Assembly (NCBI GenBank): GCA_002633005.1
Contig: NMRA01000410.1
Coordinates: 345,885 to 409,884 of the forward strand
Reading direction: 5' to 3'
DNA from: Phoronis australis
Taxonomy: Eukaryota; Animalia; Phoronida
Length of the DNA: 64,000 nucleotides
The position numbers were made by a program, and so were the translations under genes. This document shows, piece after piece, positions 11,901 through 26,900 of the stretch. Each line of letters starts with the position of its first letter. Position 1 is the first letter of the stretch. The notes under the pieces were generated by a model. It was not told where the DNA came from. It did not search any database and saw nothing but the letters and a program-made list of their open reading frames with translations.

Positions 11901-14900
11901 CAAAGTTAAACTGTAAACTTGACAAAACAAACACCTAGATTTAATAAACAGGACATTCGAAAACAACTTCCATGCAGATGATATTCCTCGCCCAGAACAC
12001 ACAGACTTTCTTGTTAACTGTCTTACAATCCCGTTTTGTCATAAGCCTGATTGTATTACTGTCATACTTACTGGCATTTATAGGTATATCATTTAAATAT
12101 CTTACCTCCAATTTTCTTGTTTTTGGAAACTTGAGAATTAATTCACATACAATTGCGGCATGTATTGCTTTTAATAGCAAAGGAAGTTTAAGGATTATGA
12201 CAATGTCGGTGCATATCAAAACACAGCAAAACGTTCTCAATGGATCTCTTTAAACATTCACCTGGAGGTAAAAGAAACTTTATACCTTGTTCAAGACGCT
12301 CTTGATCAGTAATCCCGAGCTCAGACACAACACTTCGTCTTTTTCCACTGGATGAAGACTTAGCTGCGGCAGTGTCTGGAAGACAGAGGCAAAAACAATC
12401 AAATTGAGATATATCATTGATACTTGATTACTTGTAAACTATCCGGAATTGAAAAGATTGGGCCGGTGTGTCAATCATTAGATTACACACGTCCTTGAAC
12501 TTGGAAAGACACTACAGAAATATGATGATCCTAAAGACTACCTAAAACTCCCCATGAAATCATACAACAACGTAAATTCAATCAAGGACATGTGGCATTT
12601 CAAATATGGCTGCAATAAAATGAGCAACAGGTACTCAATTAATGGATTGAGTTAACTCGCATTACTTGTGTCTGTTCAAGTATGGATATCAAGCAATAAC
12701 TTGTAAATCAACTATTCAATAACTTTACAGCAGTCTAATACAGCCTTTTCCCCAAGACCAGAATTGCTATCCAAGACAAACGCTACAACTGACACATGGG
12801 GGAACCTAGAAATGTTGGATAATTGGGCGTGGGGTTCTGTGGTTAAGTATTAGAGAATCCACTGTTTAATAACAATTTACATCAACAACAATAACAACAG
12901 TAATGCTCCCAGTCAGTAGTTATAACATGCTATTATTTAGAAGTTTTATCATCAAAATAAAAGTTTGATGAACAAATTAGAGTTCAATTTCAGGTTCCCG
13001 TTGGGATTCAAGAGATAAATCGACATCGAAGCTTGGGTACAATCAAATTGATTTAATTGAAAGTTTGGACACACCCATTTTCATTTCACTGAACCCATGG
13101 CCACCGAAAATTTTTAATAGAAAGTTTGAATTCACCAATTTCCACTTCAATGTACCCAAGACCACCAACATATTTTAGAAAAATTGGGTAAACCCATTTC
13201 TAGTTCGCTGCATCCAAGACTACTGCCATATCTTACTAAGTTTCGGTATACCCATTTCACTGTACCCAAGGCAAGTGATAATTCTTAGAAAGTTTGGGTA
13301 CATTAATTTCCATTTCACCACGCCCACGACCACAGACAACCTTAGTAAGTTTGAGTACACCCATTTCCATTTCACTGTAACCATGACTATTAAGTACAAA
13401 TCTTAGCATTTCCATTTCACCTTACCCAAGGCCAGAGTCCTTCAATTACTTGGAATTAATGTTCCTTTTAGAATTTATTTTAGGAATTGACGATGTATGT
13501 GACAACTGAGCTAACAACAAACCATTATTTTTCTCCATCAGTGGTTCCTCCTCCGAGTCGCTAGTTCTGGATGTGGATCTTTTCAATTCAAGTGTCTTAC
13601 CTGAAATAGACAGAAACCATGTCAATTAAATCTACCAAATGCGCAGAAACAAATACAAATTCTACTACAATCATGAGCTTTGGCAAAACAGAATGCGCGC
13701 TGTAGAAGTCAAATCTAGCCAAAACTCAGCTGGTGCCAGCCCATTGCCATCACATACCTCGGTCATGTTTCAATGAAATCCATCAATAAGTTCTCTAGAT
13801 TCCATCCAAAAACACGCTTTTCTCCTCAAAAATAATTATGGAAAAAGCCCTTGTCAAGACTGAAATGGCCACTAGGGTTGAGGCAACTCCTAAGCTGAAA
13901 TTCGGGGTCCCCAACGCCCAAACAAGCTTAAGCCAGACTATAACTAACCGGCCCTAATAGATTCACAAATTAACGCGCATGGCTTAGTCACAATGCTGAG
14001 GAAATCCTAGTTGATAATTTCTCTTTAATAATGCCATTGATTTTAAAAATTCAAAGACGAAAAATTACTTTTTCAAAACTATCATGTTGGTCGTTTGTCT
14101 TATTTAATGTTCATTTTTTGGCTTTGAAACTAGTACGCTTAACATGAGCGTTGTTGACGACTGCAATTATCTCCATCAATACACATTCGGCCAAGCCCAT
14201 CAATAGTGACTAGCTCACTTCATTCTGTGCCATCAAGCCTTTGATGTGCCAAGGAATTCGCTGAATACTCTGGGGGTAAATAGTGCACGCTTTCTCATCT
14301 ACTTGGCGTGCAAATCCTGTTAGCATAAGATTTGCCTAGTGACCAAACAATAATGAAAAGCCACTAGTTGAGACCATAATGGCCACTAGGGGTGCTGTAA
14401 GAATCGAATCTGTCCAAAAAATTATCTGGCGCTGGCAAATTGCTGTCACATACCACCATTTCAAGTTCTACTGATATCCACCAGTTGCTTCTGTAAATAT
14501 TATCATGACATGGTCTTCCCCCACAAAATACTGAAAACCCTTGCCTTCCCAGCCAAGGGGGCGGGGCTTATTGAAAAGTGGCATGCATCACCCTTATGAT
14601 TCCCTACACTGTGCCAAATTTCATCAAAATCTGAAGAGAGACTTAGAGCTGGTAAGTGCACAGCTGAACAAACAAGCAAAATAAAGCCATCACTGAGTAC
14701 TTGAATTTGCCCGAAAATTGACTGGTGGAGGTGCTTTGCCGTCACATTACCTCTGAGTCAAGTTTCACCACAATCCACCAATTGGCTATCTAGATATTAT
14801 CCGGAAATGCTCTTCCACCACAAAAATATAAAGAAACGCAGAAAAGCCCTGCCCAATGGTATCACAGGTGGGGAAAATTGAAAAGTGACATGCACCGTTG

Positions 14901-17900
14901 CCCTAGCCATGTCCTACACCCTTCTGCCAAATTTCATCAAAATGCCACCGGGATTTTTGAGATGTAGAACAGACAACCAGACAAAATGTCCACAAGATGG
15001 TGATGCGGTAGTTGAATTTGCCCCAAAATTGATTGCGGCAGTCGGTTTAGTACGACTTACAAATCTACTTAATTTAACATAAAGGTACATTACCTGAACC
15101 ACTCGAGGACCTAATACGGGCTCTTAGAAAAGAGAATGTTGACCAAAAATGAATTTAAACTCAGGATTTTTAAGATCTGTTTGAAAGTAACTTGAAAATG
15201 GAGAATGAACAAGTTTGAGACTGATACTCTTTACTTGTTGTAATGGTTTAAGTGGCATTTAACCCAGTGCTTTCTGTCAAAAACAATTAGTTTCAATTTA
15301 GGCCACTTATTGTTCTGCTATAAAACTGGTCTTGTCTCTACTTACTTTAGAAGTGATCTCTGAGCTCCAGGACAGCGGACAGCTTAATTATTCCTATAAG
15401 TCCAAGCTCAAAAAATTTTAGAATAAGGCGTGACCAGAAATTTTCTGACCATTGAATTTACCTCTAAAGCTAAGGAAAACTTGAGATCAATTTCATGTCA
15501 TGCTGTAAATGGTTTAAATCAAAAGTTGTTTCGTGATGCAAGGCAGGTTTATAGCTGCTTCAACAAGAAAAAATCCAACATTGACACTCTAACGCTAACC
15601 TTAAAATCTGCGGCTTCCTTCAAAGAAACCATCCAACTTCAGCTGATTTTGTCATTCTCGGGTTCATTTTGAAAGGTTTTAATAGCAAATATTTGAATAG
15701 TTTGCGGAAAGCACAATGGCTAGATTTTTTAATTTGGAAAGCAGAAAGTAAATGCGACTTTTATAAAGTTAACCTAAAACTAGCACGTATTCTGCTTATT
15801 AATTCTGCTGGGCACACAACATAATGCGCCAATTACTTAAGATCATAGACCAACAGTTCAAAATTGTGGGCAAGAACAACTCAAAGCATTGGTATGCATA
15901 GTGTGAACTATTATTCAAGCATTCCCACAAGAGGGATCAACACTTCTAGTAAAAATATTAATTATCTCCAAAGAGCGCAGCGCTAGACATCCAAAAACTT
16001 AGGTATGGAATTTCACAGGCATCAATCAAATCTCTTGGCAAACAACGAAGAGGATGGCACAAATAATAATTGTCACTAGGAGGCGCAACAGTAGTGTGAT
16101 TAGTGGGTGAGGTCATATCTTTAACAAAATCACAAGTGCTTGACAATAACAAATTAAAGATCACTCACTCCGGTCAGTTCCTGATGGACCAGGTTCATCC
16201 CCATCACCTAAAAGAAGCCAACTACATTAAAAATGTTTACAGTACTAACCCAAGCTGTTTTAAGTCAGAAAATCAGTTTTCACAGAAAGAAGACATTTTT
16301 GTGATTATTGATGGACGGATACACCATTTTTGCTTTTCGCAAACATATTTCTTTGCTTGCGGACAGATCAATCCTGCTTGTTATTCCCTGCCTAGGATAC
16401 AATTTCCAACTTACAAACAGTTACTTGTCAATCGAGATGCTGAACTATTTTTTTCAATAAAATTCAAAATGACATCAAATGTGAAACATGGAGCAGGAGT
16501 ACAATGCCGTAATTTAGATTAATGTCAAAACTGGAAACAGCATTCCGACAGTCACAGTGTAAGCCAACTGTGATTGACAGGTCTATAAAATCTGAAGAGT
16601 TAAAATCCTCATGTCAGTGTTATTGACATTAATTTGTCTATATTTAACGCTTTATGACTATTCATACCGCTTGTGGTACACATTTCAGGCAGTTCCTGAT
16701 CCTGGGTTAGTGACTGTTTTTCTCCTCCATTGCTATTGTCATCATCTGTAAGTAAAATAGGTTGACAAGTACAGTAAAATTTCACTAATGACAAATAAAA
16801 TGCCAAAAATATCTCTTTTTCCAATCTTCAAGGGCTTCTAACATTGTTGTGAATACAATGTTTCAACACATTGTTGTGAATACAATGTTTCAACACATTG
16901 GTGTGAATACAATGTTTCAACACATTGTTGTGAATACAATGTTTCAACACATTGTTGTGAATACAATGTTTCAACACANGTATGGAATTTCACAAGCATC
17001 AATCAAATCTCTTGGCAAATGACAAAGAGGATGGCACAAATAATAATTGTCACTAGGAGGCGCAACAGTAGTGTGATTAGTGGGTGAGGTCATATCTTTA
17101 ACAAAATCACAAGTGCTTGACAATAACAAATTAAAAATCACTCACTCCGGTCAGTTCCTGATGGACCAGGTTCATCCCCATCACCTAAAAGAAGCCAACT
17201 AGATTTTGATTAAAAATGTTTACAATACTAACCCAAGCTGTTTTAAGTCACAAAATCAGTTTTCACAGAAAGAAGACATTTTTGTGATTATTGATGGACG
17301 GATACACCATTTTTGCTTTTCGCAAACATATTTCTTTGCCTAGGATACTATTTCCAACTTACAAACAGTTACTTGTCAGTCGAGATGCTGAACTATTTTT
17401 TGTGTTCACCTTTAACAGTTTGTTTTAATTTTTTCAATAAAATTCAAAATGACATCAAATGTGAAACATGGAGCAGGAGTACAATGCCGTAATTTAGATT
17501 AATGTCAAAACTGGAAACAGCATTCTGACAGTCACAAAGTGTAGGCCAACTGTGATTGACATGTCTATAAAAATCTGAAGAGTTAAAATCCTCATGTCAG
17601 TATTATTGACATTAATTTGTCAATATTTAACGCTTTATGACTATTCATACCGCCTTTGGTACATATTTCATTCAGTTCCTGATCCTGGTTTAGTGACTGT
17701 TTTTCTCCTCCATTGCTATTGTCATCATCTGTAAGTAAAATAGGTTGACAAGTACAGTAAAATTTCACTAATGTTGGACAAAAAAAAAGACAAAAATATC
17801 TCTTTTTTCAATCTTCAAGGGCTTCTAACATTGTTGTGAATACAATTTTTCAACACTTTGTTTGATGGTAACTGTGGTACAGAACTTGAAGAGGGTGATA

Positions 17901-20900
17901 TCATTTATTTTAAATTTGTGTTACATATGTTTCTAGAAAACAAAATAAAACAAAACTCCGCTTGTCGGCCATATTGTGTCTTAAATTACAAATGCATCGA
18001 TTCTCTTCTCCTAAGCTGTATGCCTTTTCTCTTGACAACCTATTCTGCTCTTACACATTTCATTTTTCGTAACATTATCACTCAATTGAGTTAATGCCAG
18101 GACTTTCAGTGACGGCTTAAGTGACAATCAGAACGCAGCATTCTTGACAAACCTTTGTTTCCAATTAAGCCGCCATTTTACCCAACAAACAACACGTTGT
18201 CGGGTAAAACCTTTTGTTTGTTTGTCAACATTTCGCAAGGGGACGGAGCTTGCGATGGGTCAATTAAAGTATGGTATTCCTAAATACAGACAATTTCATT
18301 ACATGTTTGATACATTGCAGCCTAAGCTTTCCAGGATTTTCCGATAGCAAATCCAGGCTCCATTTTTGGAAAATGACATCCATTTTTACCTTAGTTTGTA
18401 GTACCTGAAACATAAGCCTGGGCCGATATGCAGAAAAAAAGTAAGGACTTAACTAACCAGCACTAATTACGTCAATCAAATTAATTGTGGCTCTCCCTGT
18501 AGGCAAACATGCCTATATTTCGGGGGCTGCTTGTAAAGCGGAAAATCTTGGCATGCACTTATCAGTAAAAAGTAACGACACTTGAAATGAAATAATGTGA
18601 TTGCAAAAACAGAACTGTGGTGCATGAGAAACAACATAGTTTCTAGCAGAAAAAAATTCATTCACGAAAAGGGAACTTCTGATTAAATGAGAATTCCCAA
18701 TCATAACAAAACTAAAAAACATAGCGGATCAAAAACATCCAACAAATCGTCTTATAAACTACAAGCAACAGTCAAGCAATAGCATTATAACAAAATTCGA
18801 ATACATGCGGCACTTCAGAAATCCCAATTCACCACAACGGCAAATTTCATTCTTGCTTCATATTACACAACATTGCATGCAGCCCACAAATTTAAATGAG
18901 ACAGAACAGATAGCTGGTATCTCTTGGTGATTACATGTTACCACTTTTAATGTAGTTCAGTCCTAATGAAGCATTTCACACAGCAACTTCTTGATATATC
19001 GCATCAGAATACAACGAAATCCACTCATGTTTATTACCCCCTACAAATAATGCCTACAAGAAAGTGAAACAGCCACCCTGCCAGCAGGCATGGATAAGGA
19101 AGAAGCATTAACAACATCGAGGCTGGTGAAAAAAGTCTGAATTAAGGGTAACATCCTACTATTCTAGTTCATTTTCGAGTCATCTTTTCTCATATTTCTT
19201 CATAAGAAAGTTAGCCATTGCAAGGGAAACCTAAAAGTCATGATTTTTAATGGTTATGAAAGACTTTATCAACAGGTCAGCGTATTTAGCATCTGCAAAA
19301 CTACAGATCTGATTTTTAATTGTATAATGATATTTTCTGAGAGTTGAAAGCTTGAAGACATTGATTTTTTGACTTTTTACCAGGTCTTTATTATTAATTG
19401 GGTCATGTGACCATGTATTTTTACCGAAAATTAACAAAGAAACATTGATAACAAAGCAATAAGTGTAGGATATATGATTAAATTTTATTTAAGGTGAGAT
19501 CTCGAAAACGCCGCTACAGTTTCCCAATATATCATTATGTTTTGGTATGCAACTTTAGTTATTTTTTCCATGAAAATCATAAAGTCCTGTTTTTTGATAG
19601 TCCCTCATCCAGAAGTGGAATAATTTAAAAGAATTTCTGACAACATTTTGAGGAAAAGTGCGTAAAGCATCAGTATTTGAAAGTTTCTATGAATGAATTC
19701 AATCTGCCATTTGTAACAGGTTCTGAAGGACACTTTCTTGGGTGCCGCATATTGTTACAGTGCTTAAAACCACCAATTCAATATACAAAAAAAAACGAAC
19801 ACCACCAGTCCATCAGCTTTGTAATTAGAACACCAGCAAACACTACCTGAGGATAGTAATTAGCTGATTTTGAGTTAGACACATTTATTGGTTGACATAT
19901 ACTTCGGACAACCAATCACAGCGTTAGTCATCCTACACTGTGTTTAGTGTGAAGTCGGCAGATATTGCTGCTCGCTTTCTCGTGGTTTACAGTGGTATAA
20001 TAAAGAACGGTGGAAAGTTACACTTGTGGTGTTGTGACAACTCAGTATTTGAGCATGTTGCGGATAATTCATTTTCCTGTGGAGCATCAGTGAAGCACAG
20101 ACATGGCACAAGTTTGCACAAGAAACCCACGTGTTCGTGGGAATGATACACTGGCGGTAAGTACGTTTACTTTATAAGTCACACTACTGTCCGTGAAGCT
20201 AAGAAACTTTTAATTATAGTTGCTTTTCTTTTATTTTCTCATTTTGTGATATTGAATTCACAGTTGTAAAGGAAGGTTTAAATTAATATTTGTGACATTG
20301 TAATCACTTGTCAAAACAAGGTAAATGGTGGTTTTAAGCACTTCAAACCCTTCTCCCATGCACACAACAAAGTACAACATGCCATCCCATAACTGACTAC
20401 AGGGTTGCTAGGGAATTCCTGAACAAAACAGTAACAATAAAAGTACAGGTAGGATTGTATCATACTTACCTGTGTGTCCAATATTCAACTTTTAAGACAA
20501 GGAAAGAGACGGAAGAAATTAGGAACAAACCAACTTGAAGTCAATCACTACGATAAACCAGGCGAAAGTACCGTAGACATTGCGTGAGTTAAATAGCCGG
20601 TCTTTCGAGTCCAACCTGGATATTGACTTTCAATAATGTGTCGACAATTAACCACAGAGACGTAGAAAATTACATTAGAGAACAAGTTAAGGCGCCAAAG
20701 AGTTGTCTGACGAAAGGGTTTAATTTTTTTCGGAAAACTAGGTTCGAAACATGAAAAATAAATATGACCAAATTGCGGCGATCGTAGTGTTACGGATTAG
20801 GTATTATGCTGAATGCAGGATTACGTTTTTTCTTGTAAATTGTTGATCAAAATACTTTCTACGCGGACCAGGTCATCTGCTCATATTGTTGACGAGTTGA

Positions 20901-23900
20901 AGACATATTCGACAGTGGTGGCTGTCATGTGCAATTAGTCACATCTGGTTTAATTTGTTGATCAAGAATATTAACATCAAGCATAGCCTGATCCTATGCA
21001 CTCACTGGGACTAACAGTTGATTTGTCATTGATCTGAAAGAATAATTGATGTTATTAAATATATTTTTTATTAAAATAATAAACCAGGCTCGTAATTGAA
21101 AATAAAAATTATTTGACCATCAATTCTGCTTTCTTGGTTGTAATAATTCTTATGTCTATTTCATGTGTTAGATTTCAAATATCCATCTGGACCAAGTTGA
21201 ATTTTAAACTTAAAACACCTGATTCATTCGTTCAAAACATAACCTCGTTTTAGAACTCAATTTCAGTTAACTGGACAATGCAATCATAGTTATCATGTTT
21301 CTGCAGGAACCTTGTTCATCCAAGGGGAAAGGTGCCACTGCCTACTGAGAGGCGATTTTTTCACCATCAATAGCACCCCCGCCCTGTTGCAAGCTCTTAT
21401 AGGCGCTGTCTCAATTTAAAGTAGCCTTTTGTGCTCTTAAAAATTGTCACCTGTATGGTTACAGGTGATGTGAACTCAGAGAGATTTTTCACTAGGGGAA
21501 TTTTTATGCCTCGTGGGGGGAATTTCGCGTGATATTTCAATATTTCTGAGAGGGAAATAGGGCCGAAATTGGGCCCCAAATTTGAGGGAGTGAGGGCCCT
21601 GTCCTTTTTGGAAAGAAAAATTATGTTTCAACCCGTAGCAGGGGCGGAACCAGGCCGGATTTTGAGTTAGGGGGGCAGGGCACAGGAATGAGCAGCATTT
21701 CGGCAGATGCGCGCGCCCAGCCTAAAATCTGGGGATGCAGGGGTCTTGAATTCTTGGGTTTGCGGACCTGTTGACTAAAAAAAACGGTAAACGGGGTTCA
21801 TTCAGCGCCTATGCATTGTTTATTCACCCCCAAGACCCCCTGGTTGCGCACGTGTGCTAGTCAGCAATTCGCACCCGAACTCAAAAATGGGATCTGATAC
21901 AATTTTAGGGGGGGGGCATGTCCCCCCCTCCCCTAAATCCGTAGTCATGAAAATACAGCCTGGCTGGCCCATTCTCCGGTCGCTACTATGATGCTTGACA
22001 ACTGAGTGGGATAAGACAATATATGATCTGACTTTTCGAAAACATTTATTTTACACGGACATATTTTGCTTCGTCGCGGCGCATGGCAACGACCCAACGC
22101 TTCCGAATCTCAACGTCGTTAGAGATTGTAAAACAGACAGTTGCGTGTCCGTATTTTTTCTAGCCGTTCGCGGAACAACACGGACTGAAACACAGACTCC
22201 TATACCGATAAGCTAACAGAGCTATCGTAGCGAGCCTCGTTTTGGAACGCGCCTCCTGTCGGCGTGAATACATCAATTTCACGAACATCTGTCAAGAAAC
22301 TCCAAAGAAAAAGAGGAAAATAGAAGAAATAGTATTGCCAGTGATGATTTCTGTTCAGTCAGCTGTGACCAAAACATTAACAACTGTCAAAGCTGATAAC
22401 ATATTGGTTGGTTGGGTAAAATCATTTCACGAACACATTGGAAAAATAATTAAAAGAAACAACTGTTGTGAATTTCTGATTCAAATTAATGCAGCTTTTA
22501 TCGACAACAGAATGCAAACAATCTCCGAATATAAAGCTATGGCCTTATATTCACAGCCATAGCTTCATATACTCAAATAAAAGGCTACGATACGTTCGAA
22601 TATAAAGTAACACTTGATTGTTATATGACCTTACAAGGCAATGGACTAATACAGTAAATCTCACAAATTCAGGACACAACAAGGCGGATGAGTGAAATTT
22701 TCTCATTTTTGCATAGAAAATATGTAGCGCCAAATAAATGACATACCATGTTCAAGTTAATAAATACCATCAGAAAATGTGTGCATTCACAACAATGTCA
22801 GAAGACCTTGAAAAATGAAACAAGAGCAACGCGGAGCATTGAAATGCGCCCACGAATGCACCGCTAACGGTTTGCTTTTAGGGTTGTTTATTTGTTTCAT
22901 AAAAATAGCCACTAGATGGTGCAAAAACATCAAATCCATCTGAAAACAGGGAAAAACCATCACTTCTGTAATAGAAAGCTATTTTAAAAAATTTCACAAA
23001 TATCAGTCAAGGAAATCAGAGAAACGAAGGAAAACGGAAAAAATGAAATTGCCAATATGGGGCACAGCTTTCATTGGATCGGCCTGAAAGATGTTGTCTG
23101 TTGTTAGCTTCATAAAAATACAATAATTACTAAAGATCATGCAGTGTGTTAAGGAGATGCTGCTATGGGCGCAAAACAAAACTACCACTAGGAGGCGTCA
23201 CAGTAGTCAAATTCGTTATAATCAACCGCCCTCTTCACACTGAGAACATACACGCCAATTTTCAAAATTATCCTTAGACTGGTTTGGTCGATCGACGGGT
23301 GGATGCCAAAAACAAATTTGAAAACAGGAAAAATGGCCACTAGGTGGCACAAAGTACCTTGATTTCATCCGAAAACGGGAGGATAGCATCTCACCAATAA
23401 ATGCCTATATTCCAAATTTTCTGAAAATCTGTTGAGGACCTTTGAAGATACAGAGGTAAACCTAAAAAACTACAAGAGCAACGCAGAGCGTTGAAATGCG
23501 ACCACAACTGCACAGTATACGGTATCCTTCTAGGGTTGTTCATTGATACCATAAAGTAGCCAGTAGAGGGCATATATCAGGACTTGGAATGACCAATGAC
23601 AAAAAACGCAGAAACTTTTACGGCTGATTAACCAGCCTTTGAAATGGTCAATGTGAACCTTTCCGCGACAAAAATCGGGAGGACTAAAAAAAAATTAAAA
23701 AAAAACAAAAAAAAAACGTTACCGCCATCAGTAGTATGCGTCTGCGTCCTTTTCGCTCGCCCGTCCACTCCCAACCCACACAAATTTGGCTGCAGAGCGG
23801 TAGTATTTGTCGCCGCGCTTAACCATAACACGAGCCGCCATTGAAAATCAGACCACGCTTTACCCAGATGCCCCGGCAATGTTGACAATTTACGTTCCTC

Positions 23901-26900
23901 CGAAACATAAAGACTTCCTCTTTCCAAGGTGAACGTCGTCTGCAACGCCGCGGTAAGAAAGGAATTTTGCCGCGGAAATTTCATATCAAATCTGATTTTT
24001 TTACGAGGAAATATTATAAAAAAAGCGGAAAGCACATTTCAAAAAAGCGGAAATCCGCGTTTCCGCGGAAAATTCCAAGCCCTGATATATGTAGTATGTT
24101 GTACTTTGTAAAATGGAAAGGCATGGTCATTGTCTCCTCAATAGGCTAGGGGCAAAATGTGAGTGATCTTCATAATACAAGCACAACCTATACATCAGTT
24201 GCTTAAAGCACCACAGAAACATATAATTAAAAACAAATTTACCAACATACGAGATTAGCACAGCATTAGAATGCCAGAAACAAATTTCTACTTGGAACTT
24301 TTCCGTCATAGTCACGAAGTAACACAAAGTATACACCTGAAGACCTATGAAAATACAGAGGTCAATGTAAAATACTAAAATTGCCACTAGAGGAATACCG
24401 GTAGTCAGAATCATCCTAAAGTCATCATCGTCCGTTGTCAACATCACATAAATACACTTGCTAAATTTAGTAAAGATCCTGCAAACGGTTTGGGAGATAC
24501 AGCCATGGGCCAAAAAAAAACTGCCACTAGGAGGCGCCAGAGTAATCAAAGTCATGGGAAATTCAGCATCAACCGTCCTCTTCATGGTAAGAACATACAT
24601 GCCAATTTTCACAATCATACTTATAGCGGTTTGGTTGATAGAGGGGTGGACGCCAAAAAACAGACTCATAAACAGTAAAAATGGCCACTGGGTGTCGCAA
24701 ACTAGGTCGAATCCATCCGAAAACGGGAGGATAGCGTCATCGCACTAATAGGTGCCTACATACCAAATTTCATGAAAATCTGTCAAGGACTTGTGAAGAT
24801 ACAGAGGTAAACGTAAAAAAATAAAATTGCCACTAGGGGGCACACTGGTAGGCGGATCCATCCAAAAGTCGTCATCGTCTGTTGTTAACATCATATAAAT
24901 ACACTTATTAAATTTCGTAGAGATCCTACGAACGATTTAGGAGATACAGCCATAAGCGCAAAAAAAAAAACTGCCACTAGGAGGCGCCACAGCAATCCAA
25001 ATCGTCTGAAAATCATTGTCGGCTGTCCTCTTTATAGTAAGCACATACACGCCAATTTTCACAATCATCCTTTGAGCGGTTTGGTTGATAGAGGGGTGGA
25101 CGCAAAAATACAAACTCGAAAACAGAAAAATGACCACTAGGTGGCGCAAACTATGTCAAATCCATCTGAAAATGGGAGGATAGCGTCATCTCACTAATAG
25201 GCGCCTACATACAAAATTTCATGAAAATCCGTTCAGGACTTTTGAAGATACAAAGGTAAGCGTAAAAAACTAAAATTGCCACTAGGGGGCACACCAGTAG
25301 TCGGATCCGTCCAAAAGTTCGCACATGCCGTCCCATTCACGAATGAAACATATGTGCCAAATTTCATGAACGTATGTCAAAGGGTTTTGGAGATAGAGCA
25401 GCGGACGCCGGACGGACGCCGCCCGGACGGACGGACGGAGATGACGGCACAATGCGTCCAAATATAAATATGTGGGCGTATAAAAATTGGTACTACGGGG
25501 CACATTAAGAGGCAGATCCATCCGAAAGTTGTTATAATTTGTTGTGAACACAATATAAATACACTTGCTAAATTTAGCAAAGATCCTGCAAATGGTGTAG
25601 GAGATACAGCCATGGGCGCAAAAAAAATTGCCACTAGGAGGCGCCACAGTAAGGGAAATAGTCGAAAAATTATCGTCAGCCGAACTCTTTATAGTAATTA
25701 GAACATACATGCCAATTTTCACAATCATCCTTAGAGCCGTTTGGTTGCTAGAGGGGTGGATGCCAAAAAAAAACAGACTAAAACAGTAAAAATGGCCACT
25801 AGGTGGTGCAAACTTTGTCAAATCTATCCGAAAATGGGATGATAGCGTCATCTGACTAATAGATGCCTATATGCCAAATTTTATGATAATACGTTGAGGA
25901 CCTTTGAAGATATAGAGATAAGCGTAAAAATAAAATTGCCATTAGGGGGCACACCGATGGTCGGATCCGTCCGAAAGTTCGCTCATGTTGTCCCATTCAT
26001 GAAAGGAACACTTGTCCAAAAATTCATGAACATATGACAAAGGGTTTTGGAAAAAGAGCAGCGGATGCCAGACGGAAAGACGCCAGACGGAAGACGGACA
26101 GGCGCTGAATGGACAGACGAACGGAGATGACGGCATAATGCGTCCACATATAAATATGTGGGCGTATAAAAAGGGTAATTTTGGCAATTTTTTCTGTCAG
26201 AAATTGGTGAGATTTTACAGCATACAACAGGTATTTTCTGTAAGTAGTCATATATTAATCAGCATTCGTACGCTCAACACTAATGAAATATCATGAAGAA
26301 CATCGATGATCCTCTTTGAGTACGATACGCCAAGTCATCAGAACTCACAATAGGTTGCAGAGCTTCTGCAGCATAGTTGAAGAAAGCAAGGACAACTCTT
26401 ATGAGATGCAAAGTTCAGCAGTTCATTTCATAACTGCTCTCCGATACCCAGACTTACCTTTCTTGCCACACACCACGTTCTTGATCCAATCATAGCAGCC
26501 AAGAAGGGAAAAACAAAAGGTAGCAACAATCATAACCAATGGCACAACAATGATCGCAACGATGGTCCCCGTGGTCAAGGATATGTGACCGTTAGTTCCT
26601 GTAGAAAAAAACAGCATATGTTGCAATCTTGGTACTGACAACTTTTTCACATGCAATAATATCGGTCTTGGGTACACTCCCTATAATATTAATGATAATA
26701 CAGAGCCTATACAGAGCTAAAGACCANAAGCTATATGTGAATAGCATTGTTTAGTAACAAAAAATTGTGAGCTGATAGACCGTCTCACCTAAAATAAATA
26801 TTCCAACCACCGTTGTCGGTATAAACCCTACCACTAAAAACAGTTTAAATGTTACCCCCCCTATCTAGTACAATAGTATCAAGTTATTTAACATCACCTT

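Noticed and set aside
16841-16978. 27-bp repeats resembling a CRISPR array
   Set aside because: Units are head-to-tail with no unique spacers, the context is a eukaryotic intron and there are no cas genes; it is a minisatellite.
24127-26251. Several 60-190 aa ORFs with recurring APPSG
   Set aside because: Translations of the ccactagg tandem repeat, not a protein gene.
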